From assembly GCA_964430885.1 (NCBI GenBank), contig CAYSHM010000020.1, positions 1 to 55,100 of the forward strand: a stretch of 55,100 bases of DNA, given 5' to 3'. The notes beneath the pieces were generated by a model that saw nothing but the letters and a program-made list of their open reading frames with translations, was not told the origin of the DNA and made no database searches. The position numbers were made by a program, and so were the translations under genes. Of the stretch, positions 38,785 to 47,288 are shown piece by piece (position 1 is the first letter of the stretch; each line of letters opens with the position of its first letter). This DNA comes from an uncultured archaeon. GTDB taxonomy: Archaea; Thermoplasmatota; Penumbrarchaeia; JASLWR01.

Positions 38785-39018
38785 TTATTTCTTCTTTGTC
38801 TTGATCATATTTCCCTTGCATTTGGGGCAGGTCTTATCAAAATCATTTGTCTGGAACCCGCACTTACTGCAGTAATAATTAAAATAATCGTCCTTGGAAA
38901 GCTCTTCAACTTCCCATAAGAACTCTTTCGGTATTTCAGGAATTGTGTCTTTTTTCTTTTTATTCCTTTCTTTTCCTTTAGCTTCGACCCATTCTTTGAA
39001 TCCCAGCGTTATCACCAA
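38785..39018 (-). CDS. Small zinc-ribbon protein
   Basis: CSKC-x10-CPKC. Overlaps the stop of the upstream gene; the start is uncertain. Confidence 0.6.
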   Translation of the reverse strand: MVITLGFKEWVEAKGKERNKKKKDTIPEIPKEFLWEVEELSKDDYFNYYCSKCGFQTNDFDKTCPKCKGNMIKTKKK

Positions 39019-39557
39019 TCCTTGGGTTTCCCAATTATATCCATAACCTTAGTATCGAAGAATTTTCTGGAATTTACACATTTCATCAGAATTGCGGTAT
39101 CCGAGCCGCTTCCTGTGCCTGCCACCGACACAATTGGCTGCCATTGAGGTATGAGTCCGGCATCACTAGCCATTGTGGCGGCTTCAATACAGACCTTCAT
39201 TCCCTGACCGAACAATCTAAGAGTGTCTGCCATGATAGTGGTTGGGGTAACTGAACTGAAATTTTTCCTGTAATAGTCGTTCCATGAGTGGAATAACATC
39301 GAACTTGTCAGGACCTGGATCCCTTTGTTCTCAAGCTTATCACGGATGTCAGGCTGCATTTCCTGCTGATTATCCTCTCTAAAACCCGTTGAATGCGTGA
39401 CAACAGTGATTTGAACATCCTTGATAAGGTCCATTGCCTGCATTGCCGTTGTTCCAGTGGTGGATGCGATCACGATGTGATTGATATTGAACTTCTTACA
39501 ATAATCGTAAGCAATACTGAGAACTTTCTTTGAATCCATTTCGCTTGTATCGATCAT
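39012..39557 (-). CDS. Pyruvate-kinase C-terminal-like alpha/beta protein (MTH1675/COG1751-like)
   Basis: IVIASTTGTTA, VVTH..GF, DTLRLFGQGMKVCIE..MASDAG, AGTGSGSDTA. Confidence 0.8.
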   Translation of the reverse strand: MIDTSEMDSKKVLSIAYDYCKKFNINHIVIASTTGTTAMQAMDLIKDVQITVVTHSTGFREDNQQEMQPDIRDKLENKGIQVLTSSMLFHSWNDYYRKNFSSVTPTTIMADTLRLFGQGMKVCIEAATMASDAGLIPQWQPIVSVAGTGSGSDTAILMKCVNSRKFFDTKVMDIIGKPKDW

Positions 39558-39672
39558 GCTATAACAACCGAGTTTTATTTAAAAGAAGTATACCTGGGAA
39601 TCGGATTGAACGACGCCCAGTTTGAATAAAATTATATATAAATATGATCTCGAATGGAAAGTAAAAGTAATT

Positions 39673-39948
39673 CTATTCATCATCGAGATATTTGTTGAGT
39701 TCACCGAAATTGATGCACCATGTTCTCTTCATGGCACCGCCTTCAATGAGATAAGGTTGGAAAATCTTCTGGTTCTCAAGATGGTCGCATATGCTCTTTG
39801 CCGTCCTTCTGCAAAGGTATCTTCTCATTTGAAAGGTATTTTTCAGATGTTTTTCGACGACCGAACGTATGGTGACATTGTGACTTTCATTATATCTATC
39901 ATTCAACATCTCCAGCGTAGAACGTAATATCTCGTGCTTCTTTGTCAT
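39673..39948 (-). CDS. Small basic protein, possible winged-helix
   Basis: 91 aa with a GGGGGAG RBS. Three helices followed by a beta-hairpin pattern (LENQKIFQ..KRTWCIN). Confidence 0.5.
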   Translation of the reverse strand: MTKKHEILRSTLEMLNDRYNESHNVTIRSVVEKHLKNTFQMRRYLCRRTAKSICDHLENQKIFQPYLIEGGAMKRTWCINFGELNKYLDDE

Positions 39949-40191
39949 GAATTACTCCCCCAAGATAAGCAATTTTCTTCTATGATAAAGGTTTATTAAA
40001 TTTATATAATTTACTCTATAATTTAAATATATCTTCAATTAATTAAACTTTTGTCTTTCGGTAATATTGGATTTTCAGTACCTTGATATTATCATATCCT
40101 TGGAATCGAATCGGATTGCTTCGATTATCAGGTACAAGTAATATTAAGGCGGAATAATATTTATTTATAATGGGTGCAATTATCAATTTCT

Positions 40192-40947
40192 ATGAATATT
40201 ACTTTGAATCATCCTAGATATTTGTCATTAATGATGAGAGAGCTGCTGGCCAAGGCTGTAAATGAAGGCCTGGTCACCCCGACTGGCCTTACTGCTCACG
40301 GAAGAGGCGAGGCCTTTGACTATCTATTGGGGGAGAGGACTATCGCCCCTGCTAAAGAACAGGCTAGAGTAGCCGCAGCTCTTCTGTTGACCTCTGAAAA
40401 ACCGGTCATTTCAACAAATGGAAATTCTACTGTCCTTGCACCAAAGGAGATCATCGAGTTATCTGAAATATCCGGTGCCAGGATGGAAGTGAATCTTTTT
40501 CATCCTTCACTGGAAAGGGTTGGTAAACTGGTCTCTCTTCTTGAAGATAATGGTGCCGAGGGAGTTCTGGGCCTTAATTTAGACGCGGTCATTCCTGGTA
40601 TGGACCATAATAGAGCTAATTGTGAATCAAGAGGTATTTATGCTGCTGATACAGTACTGGTTCTTCTGGAGGATGGTGATCGTACTGAAGCTTTGAAGAG
40701 GATGGGTAAGACCCTTATTGCTGTAGATCTAAATCCCCTTTCCAGAACCGCAAAGGAAAGCCATATCCCAATAATAGATAATGTGATAAGAGCATTACCC
40801 AATATTACTGGTTTCGTGAGGGAAATGAAGAACTACCCTCGATCGGAACTGATGAAAATAGTTGATGAGTTCAATCCCAAATCGAGTTTGGAACTGACGG
40901 TAAATGAGATATCAATATGTTTGAGGAACAATTTTAAATCGGACTAG
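40192..40947 (+). CDS. Phosphopantothenate synthetase (4-phosphopantoate--beta-alanine ligase), archaeal CoA pathway
   Basis: HPRY.SL..RE, GLTAHGRGEAFDYLLGE, ISTNGN, EVNLF, LEDGDR, DLNPLSRTA. ATG 40192 is preferred (track start GTG 40174). Confidence 0.92.
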   Translation: MNITLNHPRYLSLMMRELLAKAVNEGLVTPTGLTAHGRGEAFDYLLGERTIAPAKEQARVAAALLLTSEKPVISTNGNSTVLAPKEIIELSEISGARMEVNLFHPSLERVGKLVSLLEDNGAEGVLGLNLDAVIPGMDHNRANCESRGIYAADTVLVLLEDGDRTEALKRMGKTLIAVDLNPLSRTAKESHIPIIDNVIRALPNITGFVREMKNYPRSELMKIVDEFNPKSSLELTVNEISICLRNNFKSD

Positions 40948-41000
40948 CAACAGATGCAATTGATAATATGAAAAATCCCTTGAGGATTTAAATAACGGTA

Positions 41001-44000
41001 ATGAATATGTGCGTAGACCGGAAAAATTCTGGAGTATTTTGTTTTCAAACAAAAATTAATAGTATTAGCTGTTTTTTAGTCGTTATATTTCTCATTCTCC
41101 TACCATTTCTAAATCTGATCCGGAGCTCCCCTATGATTGATTCAGAGTCAGATTGGAATAAATTTTCTTCAGAAAATGGTTTCATATGGTCAAAAGATGA
41201 TACAACCGATAGGGGTGGTGAATTATTTGACCAGAGAACCTTATTCAGCAAGCAGTATGAAGCATCTGGACAAAAGAATAAGATGGATATATGGGTGAAA
41301 CCCATTCACTTTCTATCTGACAATGGTTCATTCTCAGATTTTAATAATAGCCTATTTTTCAATAAAGGCCAATTAGGCAACTGGGTAGGAGGGCTAAATT
41401 CTATTGAGTCTAGTTTCAACGATGTTTTCAATCCTGGCGAATCCTTGTTAGAGGTTAAACTAGGTGAGGGTCTCATAGATATGAGCCCTGCATATGCTGA
41501 AGTAATATTTGAAAATAAGGGCGGACAATTCATAAATCCCTTCAAATCAATACCACAGATTGATATCAATACCATCAACTACCCGGATGTATATGATTAT
41601 GTAGATGATCGATATGAGATTCGCCTAGGCAGTATAAAGAACGATATTGTAATACGTTCAAAGGATTTTTTAAATATTACCGATTTATATAATTGTCCCG
41701 TGAATGATTACTCCACCATGGAGGGATCATTGACGTTCTTCACACGCTTAAAACTCTCTCCAGGTATAAAAGTTTCATTTGGCGGATCAAGCAATTACGA
41801 AGGAAATAATGATTATTTGGAATCACGTGAGATTTATTTCAGTTCGGGCGACACTTTTAAAAGGCAGAATCCGGAGGTCATCCGGATGCCTCAGCCTGTT
41901 ATTTATGATTCAAGCTCCGTGCAGAGTAAATTGAAATTGACTGATATAAATCAGATTTCTTCTAATTATAAAATTTTTTGTGACCAAGGCGATAATACTA
42001 TTGGTAAAGAACTGATGGCTGGCATTGAAATTCCGCTGTCATATTTATTGTCTCCAAATACAGTCTATCCGGTTTATGTAGATCCCACCATTGAGTTAAT
42101 ACAGCCGGGTTCTCAGGGTGGGAAAGATAATTTTCTCATAGGTGAGGATGCTTTTTATGATAAGAATGCTGGCGGTGATGATTCCTTTGGGCTGAATTTA
42201 GAGAGCACCGAAAGACTCCGGCCTATTATCCGTTTCAATCTTTCATCCATACCGGAGGACAGCATAATTGAGGAGGCCAGACTTCATCTAAAAATGATCG
42301 ATAAATATTCACAGGCAGGGGATTTGAATCTGGAACTGTACCGCTTAACGCATAATTGGACTGAGGGCACTGGGGATTTCTGGAGTGGGTCAACAACCGA
42401 GGACGGTTCCTGTTGGGATACATATGACGGTATTAATCCCTGGTCCCCTGGAGGTAATTTCGATCATAACCCCGCTGCGGTCAGCACCGCAAATGCCATT
42501 GATTGGTGCAGCTTCGATATCAAGGATCTTGTGAATGATTGGTACAGCGGTAATCAAGAGAACCACGGTCTTCTGATAAGAGGAGTATCAGGTGATGCAG
42601 GCTGGAAACGGTTTGCCTCTTCGGATCATGCTCTGAATACCGAATGGCCCTATTTAAGAATAATTTACGGGCGCAATCCCGTAATTGATGATATATCTAT
42701 TGGACCAAGAGAGATAGTAAAAGGGGACACAGTGAATTTTAATGCAACCTGCCATGATATTGACGGTCAAATAACAACTTTCCAGTGGTTATCTGATTTG
42801 GATGGCGTGATATCTTCAAATAATAATTTCACCGTGACATCTCTCTCACCAGGAAGTCATACTATTCTTTTCAGTATATGGGATAATGATGGATATTCAA
42901 AAGAAATTCCCTGCGGTAAAATCAATGTGAGCGATCCACCGCCTCCTGCGGTTGACGGCATTACGGTTTTCGATACTCCAGATGATCATGGGGGGTCCAT
43001 CACGGTAAAATGGGATTTTCCACACTTGTATGATCTGGATCATTTCGAAATTTATGCCTCAAAGTCGGAACCGAATGTGAACATATCCGGTATAAGTCCG
43101 GATATCACAACGGAAACTCCGAATGTGAGGTCTGTAAACCTAACTTCGGTGGATGGCTGGGCCCTCGAAAATAATATTGATATTTGGATCTCGGTTATTG
43201 GTGTTGATGACATGGAAAACCAAATATATCAGGTAAATTGGTCCGGGCCTGTTAGGTCCTTTGATAATATCCCGCCTTCGATTGTCAAGGGGTTGTTTGC
43301 GGAAGATACCCCTGATGATGAAGGGGCTAGAATTACAATAAACTGGAATCCCCTCAGTTTCGGGATAACTCAGCAGGGGAAGGAGTATTTTGATCATTAC
43401 AATGTATATATCAACAGAACCGCTTTTAATAATGTTGAAGGGATGGAACCGGAGATAAGCAATATTTATTCCTATAAGACGTCAAGCATATTAATAGAGA
43501 CCTGTCAGGGGGATTCCCTCGAACCGGATCAGGAGTATTTTTTTGCGCTCACATCAGAGGATGATTCTGGTAATGAAATCACTAACGTTTCTTCGTTCGG
43601 ACCAGTATTTGCAGTGGACAATATTCCACCGCCAAGAGTAGCCAATATCGAGTGCAGAGACTATCCAGGGGACCAAGGCGGAAAGATCGAGGTTATCTGG
43701 GATTCAGTCAGTACGTCGGATATTCATCATTACAATATCTATTGGGCCTTCGAGAAGATAGTTGACATAGATAATCTTTATCCAGGAAAAATTCACTCCG
43801 CTACTGAAGGCAGCAGTGAGACTGCCGTAATTGACAATCTTATCAATGGAGTGGATTATTACTTTGTAGTGACTTCCGTGGACAAGGAAGGAAACGAATA
43901 TGTGACTGAGCTTGGAGGATACTGGATGACGCCAATGGATAATATTTGCCCATCTAATGTGAAAAATTTCCTAGCATTGGATACACTGGATGATAATGGA

Positions 44001-45326
44001 GGATCCATAACATTGATCTGGGATGAATGTGAATCAGCGGACTTTCATAAATACATGTTATATTCAAGCGTCAATCCAACTATGCAAATGAATGATCTAT
44101 TTGAAGAAGAACCTTTCTTGGAGATTTTCCAGTTGGAAAATAATTCCATTGAAATAAAGGATGTCAAGGGACAGAGCATAGAAGATAGCGTTGAATATTA
44201 TTTTTATATAATTACCGGAGATGTCAATAATAATTTCTGCAAAACGCCCATGAAATCCGGGCCGGTCATTTCAGCGGATAACCGGCCTCCAGTCCTTACA
44301 GGGATTTATTTTTCGGAATTATTCATGGAGGGATCTGCGAATTCCAGTCATAATAAATCCATCAATCTGACCGGGAATAACTGCACAAATAGAAAGGATT
44401 CTCTGCTCAATAGGACCATAATTATCAATTCATCAAGGGAATCTTCTGAATCGGTTAAGAAAATCCAAGATGATATGCATTATCTAAATCTTTCGGCGGT
44501 TTATGAGACCTATGGCGATGAGATTGAATTTGAATGGTATTTAAATGGCAACCTCATATCCAATTTGGATAATTGCGCCATTGACCTCCGACAGCTATCC
44601 TCTGGAAATAATACACTTCTCATTGAGCTTATGGACCCACCTTTTCGAGTTTCTGGCCATCTTGTGATTTTTTTGAATGAAACATTGGGATCCCAAATAT
44701 CGGGAGATTCGGATGAAGGTTTTCTATCTACTTTTCAAATTTATATTATTATTGGATTGGTAATCTTGATGCTGTTGTTGATAATCATTTTTAAAGTTAT
44801 CAGGAGAAGAAGGATCAGGGATGAAAGAAGCAGTGATAATAAGAGATCAAGTAAAGATCAAAGACTAGCGCAGATATATGTTCATAAAAAGGTAAAGGTG
44901 GTGGGATCTGCAGCAAAACCGAAGAAGAGGACGAAACAGGTAGAGGAAAAACATAATCTGTATTATTTGGAGGATGAAGTTGAGAAGCAGTTTTCCTTAA
45001 GCAGGAAACGATACAAAATGGCAGGAAAGAAGTCTGACAAATCATGTGTTATGAGAAACACTTCCAGAGACGAGTTCAAGTGCCCTGAATCCGTTGTGAA
45101 GAAATGCGGATTGAAATGTACTCAAAAAGGAGAATTAGGTTTTACCCCTATTGAAAAGAAGAAAAAGAGAAGACCTAAACCCAATAGAAATCACCCGAAA
45201 TCATCTAAAGGGAAGTGTTCTGGAAGGGCCGATGAATCCCAGGGCCGAAAAAAGGATGAACGGAAAGAAAAGGAAGTGCTGGTCGAAGAGTTCGAAGGCG
45301 GGAAACCACTTCTCGCTACGGAATGA
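41001..45326 (+). CDS. Large surface protein: DNRLRE domain, PKD-like domain, four FN3-like repeats, TM, basic Cys-containing tail
   Basis: YPVYVDPTI, IIRFNLSSIP..A.L.L..WTEG..FDIKDLVNDW..NHGLLI..FASSD..P.L.I.Y (DNRLRE). WLSDLDG..LSPGSHTI (PKD-like). Four DxPDDxGGxIxxxW repeats, then TM plus RRRR. Confidence 0.8.
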   Translation: MNMCVDRKNSGVFCFQTKINSISCFLVVIFLILLPFLNLIRSSPMIDSESDWNKFSSENGFIWSKDDTTDRGGELFDQRTLFSKQYEASGQKNKMDIWVKPIHFLSDNGSFSDFNNSLFFNKGQLGNWVGGLNSIESSFNDVFNPGESLLEVKLGEGLIDMSPAYAEVIFENKGGQFINPFKSIPQIDINTINYPDVYDYVDDRYEIRLGSIKNDIVIRSKDFLNITDLYNCPVNDYSTMEGSLTFFTRLKLSPGIKVSFGGSSNYEGNNDYLESREIYFSSGDTFKRQNPEVIRMPQPVIYDSSSVQSKLKLTDINQISSNYKIFCDQGDNTIGKELMAGIEIPLSYLLSPNTVYPVYVDPTIELIQPGSQGGKDNFLIGEDAFYDKNAGGDDSFGLNLESTERLRPIIRFNLSSIPEDSIIEEARLHLKMIDKYSQAGDLNLELYRLTHNWTEGTGDFWSGSTTEDGSCWDTYDGINPWSPGGNFDHNPAAVSTANAIDWCSFDIKDLVNDWYSGNQENHGLLIRGVSGDAGWKRFASSDHALNTEWPYLRIIYGRNPVIDDISIGPREIVKGDTVNFNATCHDIDGQITTFQWLSDLDGVISSNNNFTVTSLSPGSHTILFSIWDNDGYSKEIPCGKINVSDPPPPAVDGITVFDTPDDHGGSITVKWDFPHLYDLDHFEIYASKSEPNVNISGISPDITTETPNVRSVNLTSVDGWALENNIDIWISVIGVDDMENQIYQVNWSGPVRSFDNIPPSIVKGLFAEDTPDDEGARITINWNPLSFGITQQGKEYFDHYNVYINRTAFNNVEGMEPEISNIYSYKTSSILIETCQGDSLEPDQEYFFALTSEDDSGNEITNVSSFGPVFAVDNIPPPRVANIECRDYPGDQGGKIEVIWDSVSTSDIHHYNIYWAFEKIVDIDNLYPGKIHSATEGSSETAVIDNLINGVDYYFVVTSVDKEGNEYVTELGGYWMTPMDNICPSNVKNFLALDTLDDNGGSITLIWDECESADFHKYMLYSSVNPTMQMNDLFEEEPFLEIFQLENNSIEIKDVKGQSIEDSVEYYFYIITGDVNNNFCKTPMKSGPVISADNRPPVLTGIYFSELFMEGSANSSHNKSINLTGNNCTNRKDSLLNRTIIINSSRESSESVKKIQDDMHYLNLSAVYETYGDEIEFEWYLNGNLISNLDNCAIDLRQLSSGNNTLLIELMDPPFRVSGHLVIFLNETLGSQISGDSDEGFLSTFQIYIIIGLVILMLLLIIIFKVIRRRRIRDERSSDNKRSSKDQRLAQIYVHKKVKVVGSAAKPKKRTKQVEEKHNLYYLEDEVEKQFSLSRKRYKMAGKKSDKSCVMRNTSRDEFKCPESVVKKCGLKCTQKGELGFTPIEKKKKRRPKPNRNHPKSSKGKCSGRADESQGRKKDERKEKEVLVEEFEGGKPLLATE

Positions 45327-45579
45327 TAAAAAAATCGATAATAAAACAACATCACAAATTTATTTGCATTAATTCAGGTAAGTTTGATTTTGCCCTATGT
45401 ACAAGAATTGAAAAATAATAAGAAAGATTTTATCATACAAGTAATCACATAGAAAAAAATGATTCATCAAACTATGAGGCATTTTGATCCAATCATAGCT
45501 AATAGTAAGAAAATAGGGAAATCGATAGTTTCCTCCGTGCTGTAAAAAAACATTGAGTTGGATAGTTTACTATAAGTAA

Positions 45580-47274
45580 GTGGTACCCATGAACGTAGAG
45601 ATATCCCCTGTGGCCATTCCGGCCTTCCTTTCAGGAGTTGTCAGTTTGACCTTGGGGTTCTATGTTATATTTAAAAGCTCAAAAGAACTCCAAAACCGAA
45701 TATTTTTCCTATTGATGATTTTCTGCGGTATTTGGTCCCTTGGAGAATTTTTAATGCAGCTGACCAATAGTCCTACCTTTGGGATTTTAGGAGGAATCAT
45801 TTCGAATATCGGTTTTATCTTTGTACCTGCTACTCTTCTTCATTTTTCTATAGTGTACGCTAGGAAATTTAAGAGCAATAAAAAGAAAATGGAAAATCTT
45901 CACCCCCGCTCTCAAGTTGATGAAGGGCCGAAGAAATATTTACTCCTGATGTATTTATTACCGTTTTTCATATCCCTTTTAATAGTATTCACCTCCGCAT
46001 TTTTCCTGATAGAGAAGGTGGTCCCATCGGATAGGATTGTGGATTCTGATGGTGGCGGTGAATACTGCGGGAGCTTCAATTCGATATTATTCATGGATAA
46101 CAATTGCCAATCCACAGAACTATTCGGTGAAGATTCCAAAGAAGATATTGAAAAATGGTTCTTCAAGGATATTAATGGTGATATGAATTATTCAGTTGTT
46201 AAAGATAAACCCGAGCCGATAATGAAATGCAACGGTTCTGCAGTATTGATATTATTTGATTATGACAATCATTCCAATAGTACCGGGAATTCAACCAATA
46301 CCGTTGCTGTAAATAATTCCATGGGCAATGTCAGTATAGGTGACAGCTCCAGTATTGGTAATGGAAGTTTCAACTGCAGTGAAGTCGGCGGGAGTTGGAT
46401 CTCCTTTAAAAATGCCAAGAATAAGGATGACCTCTTTTGGCTTGATGATGAGAAGACAATGGATTCATTGGAAGGTGTATATGATGATGGCGAGACGGTA
46501 TATTTGGATAACGGGAATGGTAAATGGGATTCCCCCAATGCTATTTGGGTGGAAGAAAATGCTGATAACCAGAACTTTGTTTATGTCCAGGGCCCATATT
46601 ATCCCTTCCTGATTTTATCATTTTTTATTTATCTCATAGCTGCTCTGGCCTATCTGTTAAATCATCTAATTACCGCCAAGAAAAAGAAATATAAAAAACA
46701 GATAAAATTCCTAGTAAACGGTCTGTTTGGAATTACCCTATATATTGTAGTTTCACCCTTTTTCCCAAGCTTTCTTCCTGGAATCATCATGGACAGTTTT
46801 CTAACCTTACTATTATCCCTTTTCCTTGCCATTGCGGTCCTCAAGTACAAATTATTGGATGTTCAATTGATCATCAAGAAGAGCTTGACCTATTCAACCG
46901 TGGTATTGACAATCGCTCTTCTATTTACCATAGTGGGTGAAACAGTTGAATTTGTTGTGGGAAATCTTCTGCCCTCTGTATCGGACCTATATTCCAACAT
47001 AATTGCTGCTCTGATCGTATCATTGATGTTCATGCCAATTATAAAAGCCACAAAGAATCTATTCAATCGCCTGTTTCCTAAAATAGCCAGATATGATAAG
47101 GAATATGTAGCTCGATTGACCGCTTACGAGGCGACAATTGAGGCCATGTGGCAGGATGAGATGATCACGGATAAGGAAGAAGAGGCAATCAAGATATTAA
47201 GGAAAAGATTGAATATTCATAAAAACGAGCATGACGATATTTTGGACCGAATTAAGACCAAAAAGACCTTTTGA
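45580..47274 (+). CDS. HisKA_7TM-type membrane receptor with inserted ectodomain and small C-terminal helical domain (no kinase domain)
   Basis: QNRIFFLL..WSLGEF..FVPATLLHFS, GPYY, QIKFL, AIAVLKYKLLDV are 7TM sensor hallmarks. No H-box or HATPase motifs. Start is GTG 45580 or ATG 45589. Confidence 0.75.
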   Translation: MVPMNVEISPVAIPAFLSGVVSLTLGFYVIFKSSKELQNRIFFLLMIFCGIWSLGEFLMQLTNSPTFGILGGIISNIGFIFVPATLLHFSIVYARKFKSNKKKMENLHPRSQVDEGPKKYLLLMYLLPFFISLLIVFTSAFFLIEKVVPSDRIVDSDGGGEYCGSFNSILFMDNNCQSTELFGEDSKEDIEKWFFKDINGDMNYSVVKDKPEPIMKCNGSAVLILFDYDNHSNSTGNSTNTVAVNNSMGNVSIGDSSSIGNGSFNCSEVGGSWISFKNAKNKDDLFWLDDEKTMDSLEGVYDDGETVYLDNGNGKWDSPNAIWVEENADNQNFVYVQGPYYPFLILSFFIYLIAALAYLLNHLITAKKKKYKKQIKFLVNGLFGITLYIVVSPFFPSFLPGIIMDSFLTLLLSLFLAIAVLKYKLLDVQLIIKKSLTYSTVVLTIALLFTIVGETVEFVVGNLLPSVSDLYSNIIAALIVSLMFMPIIKATKNLFNRLFPKIARYDKEYVARLTAYEATIEAMWQDEMITDKEEEAIKILRKRLNIHKNEHDDILDRIKTKKTF

Positions 47275-47288
47275 TTAATTTGCTTGGT

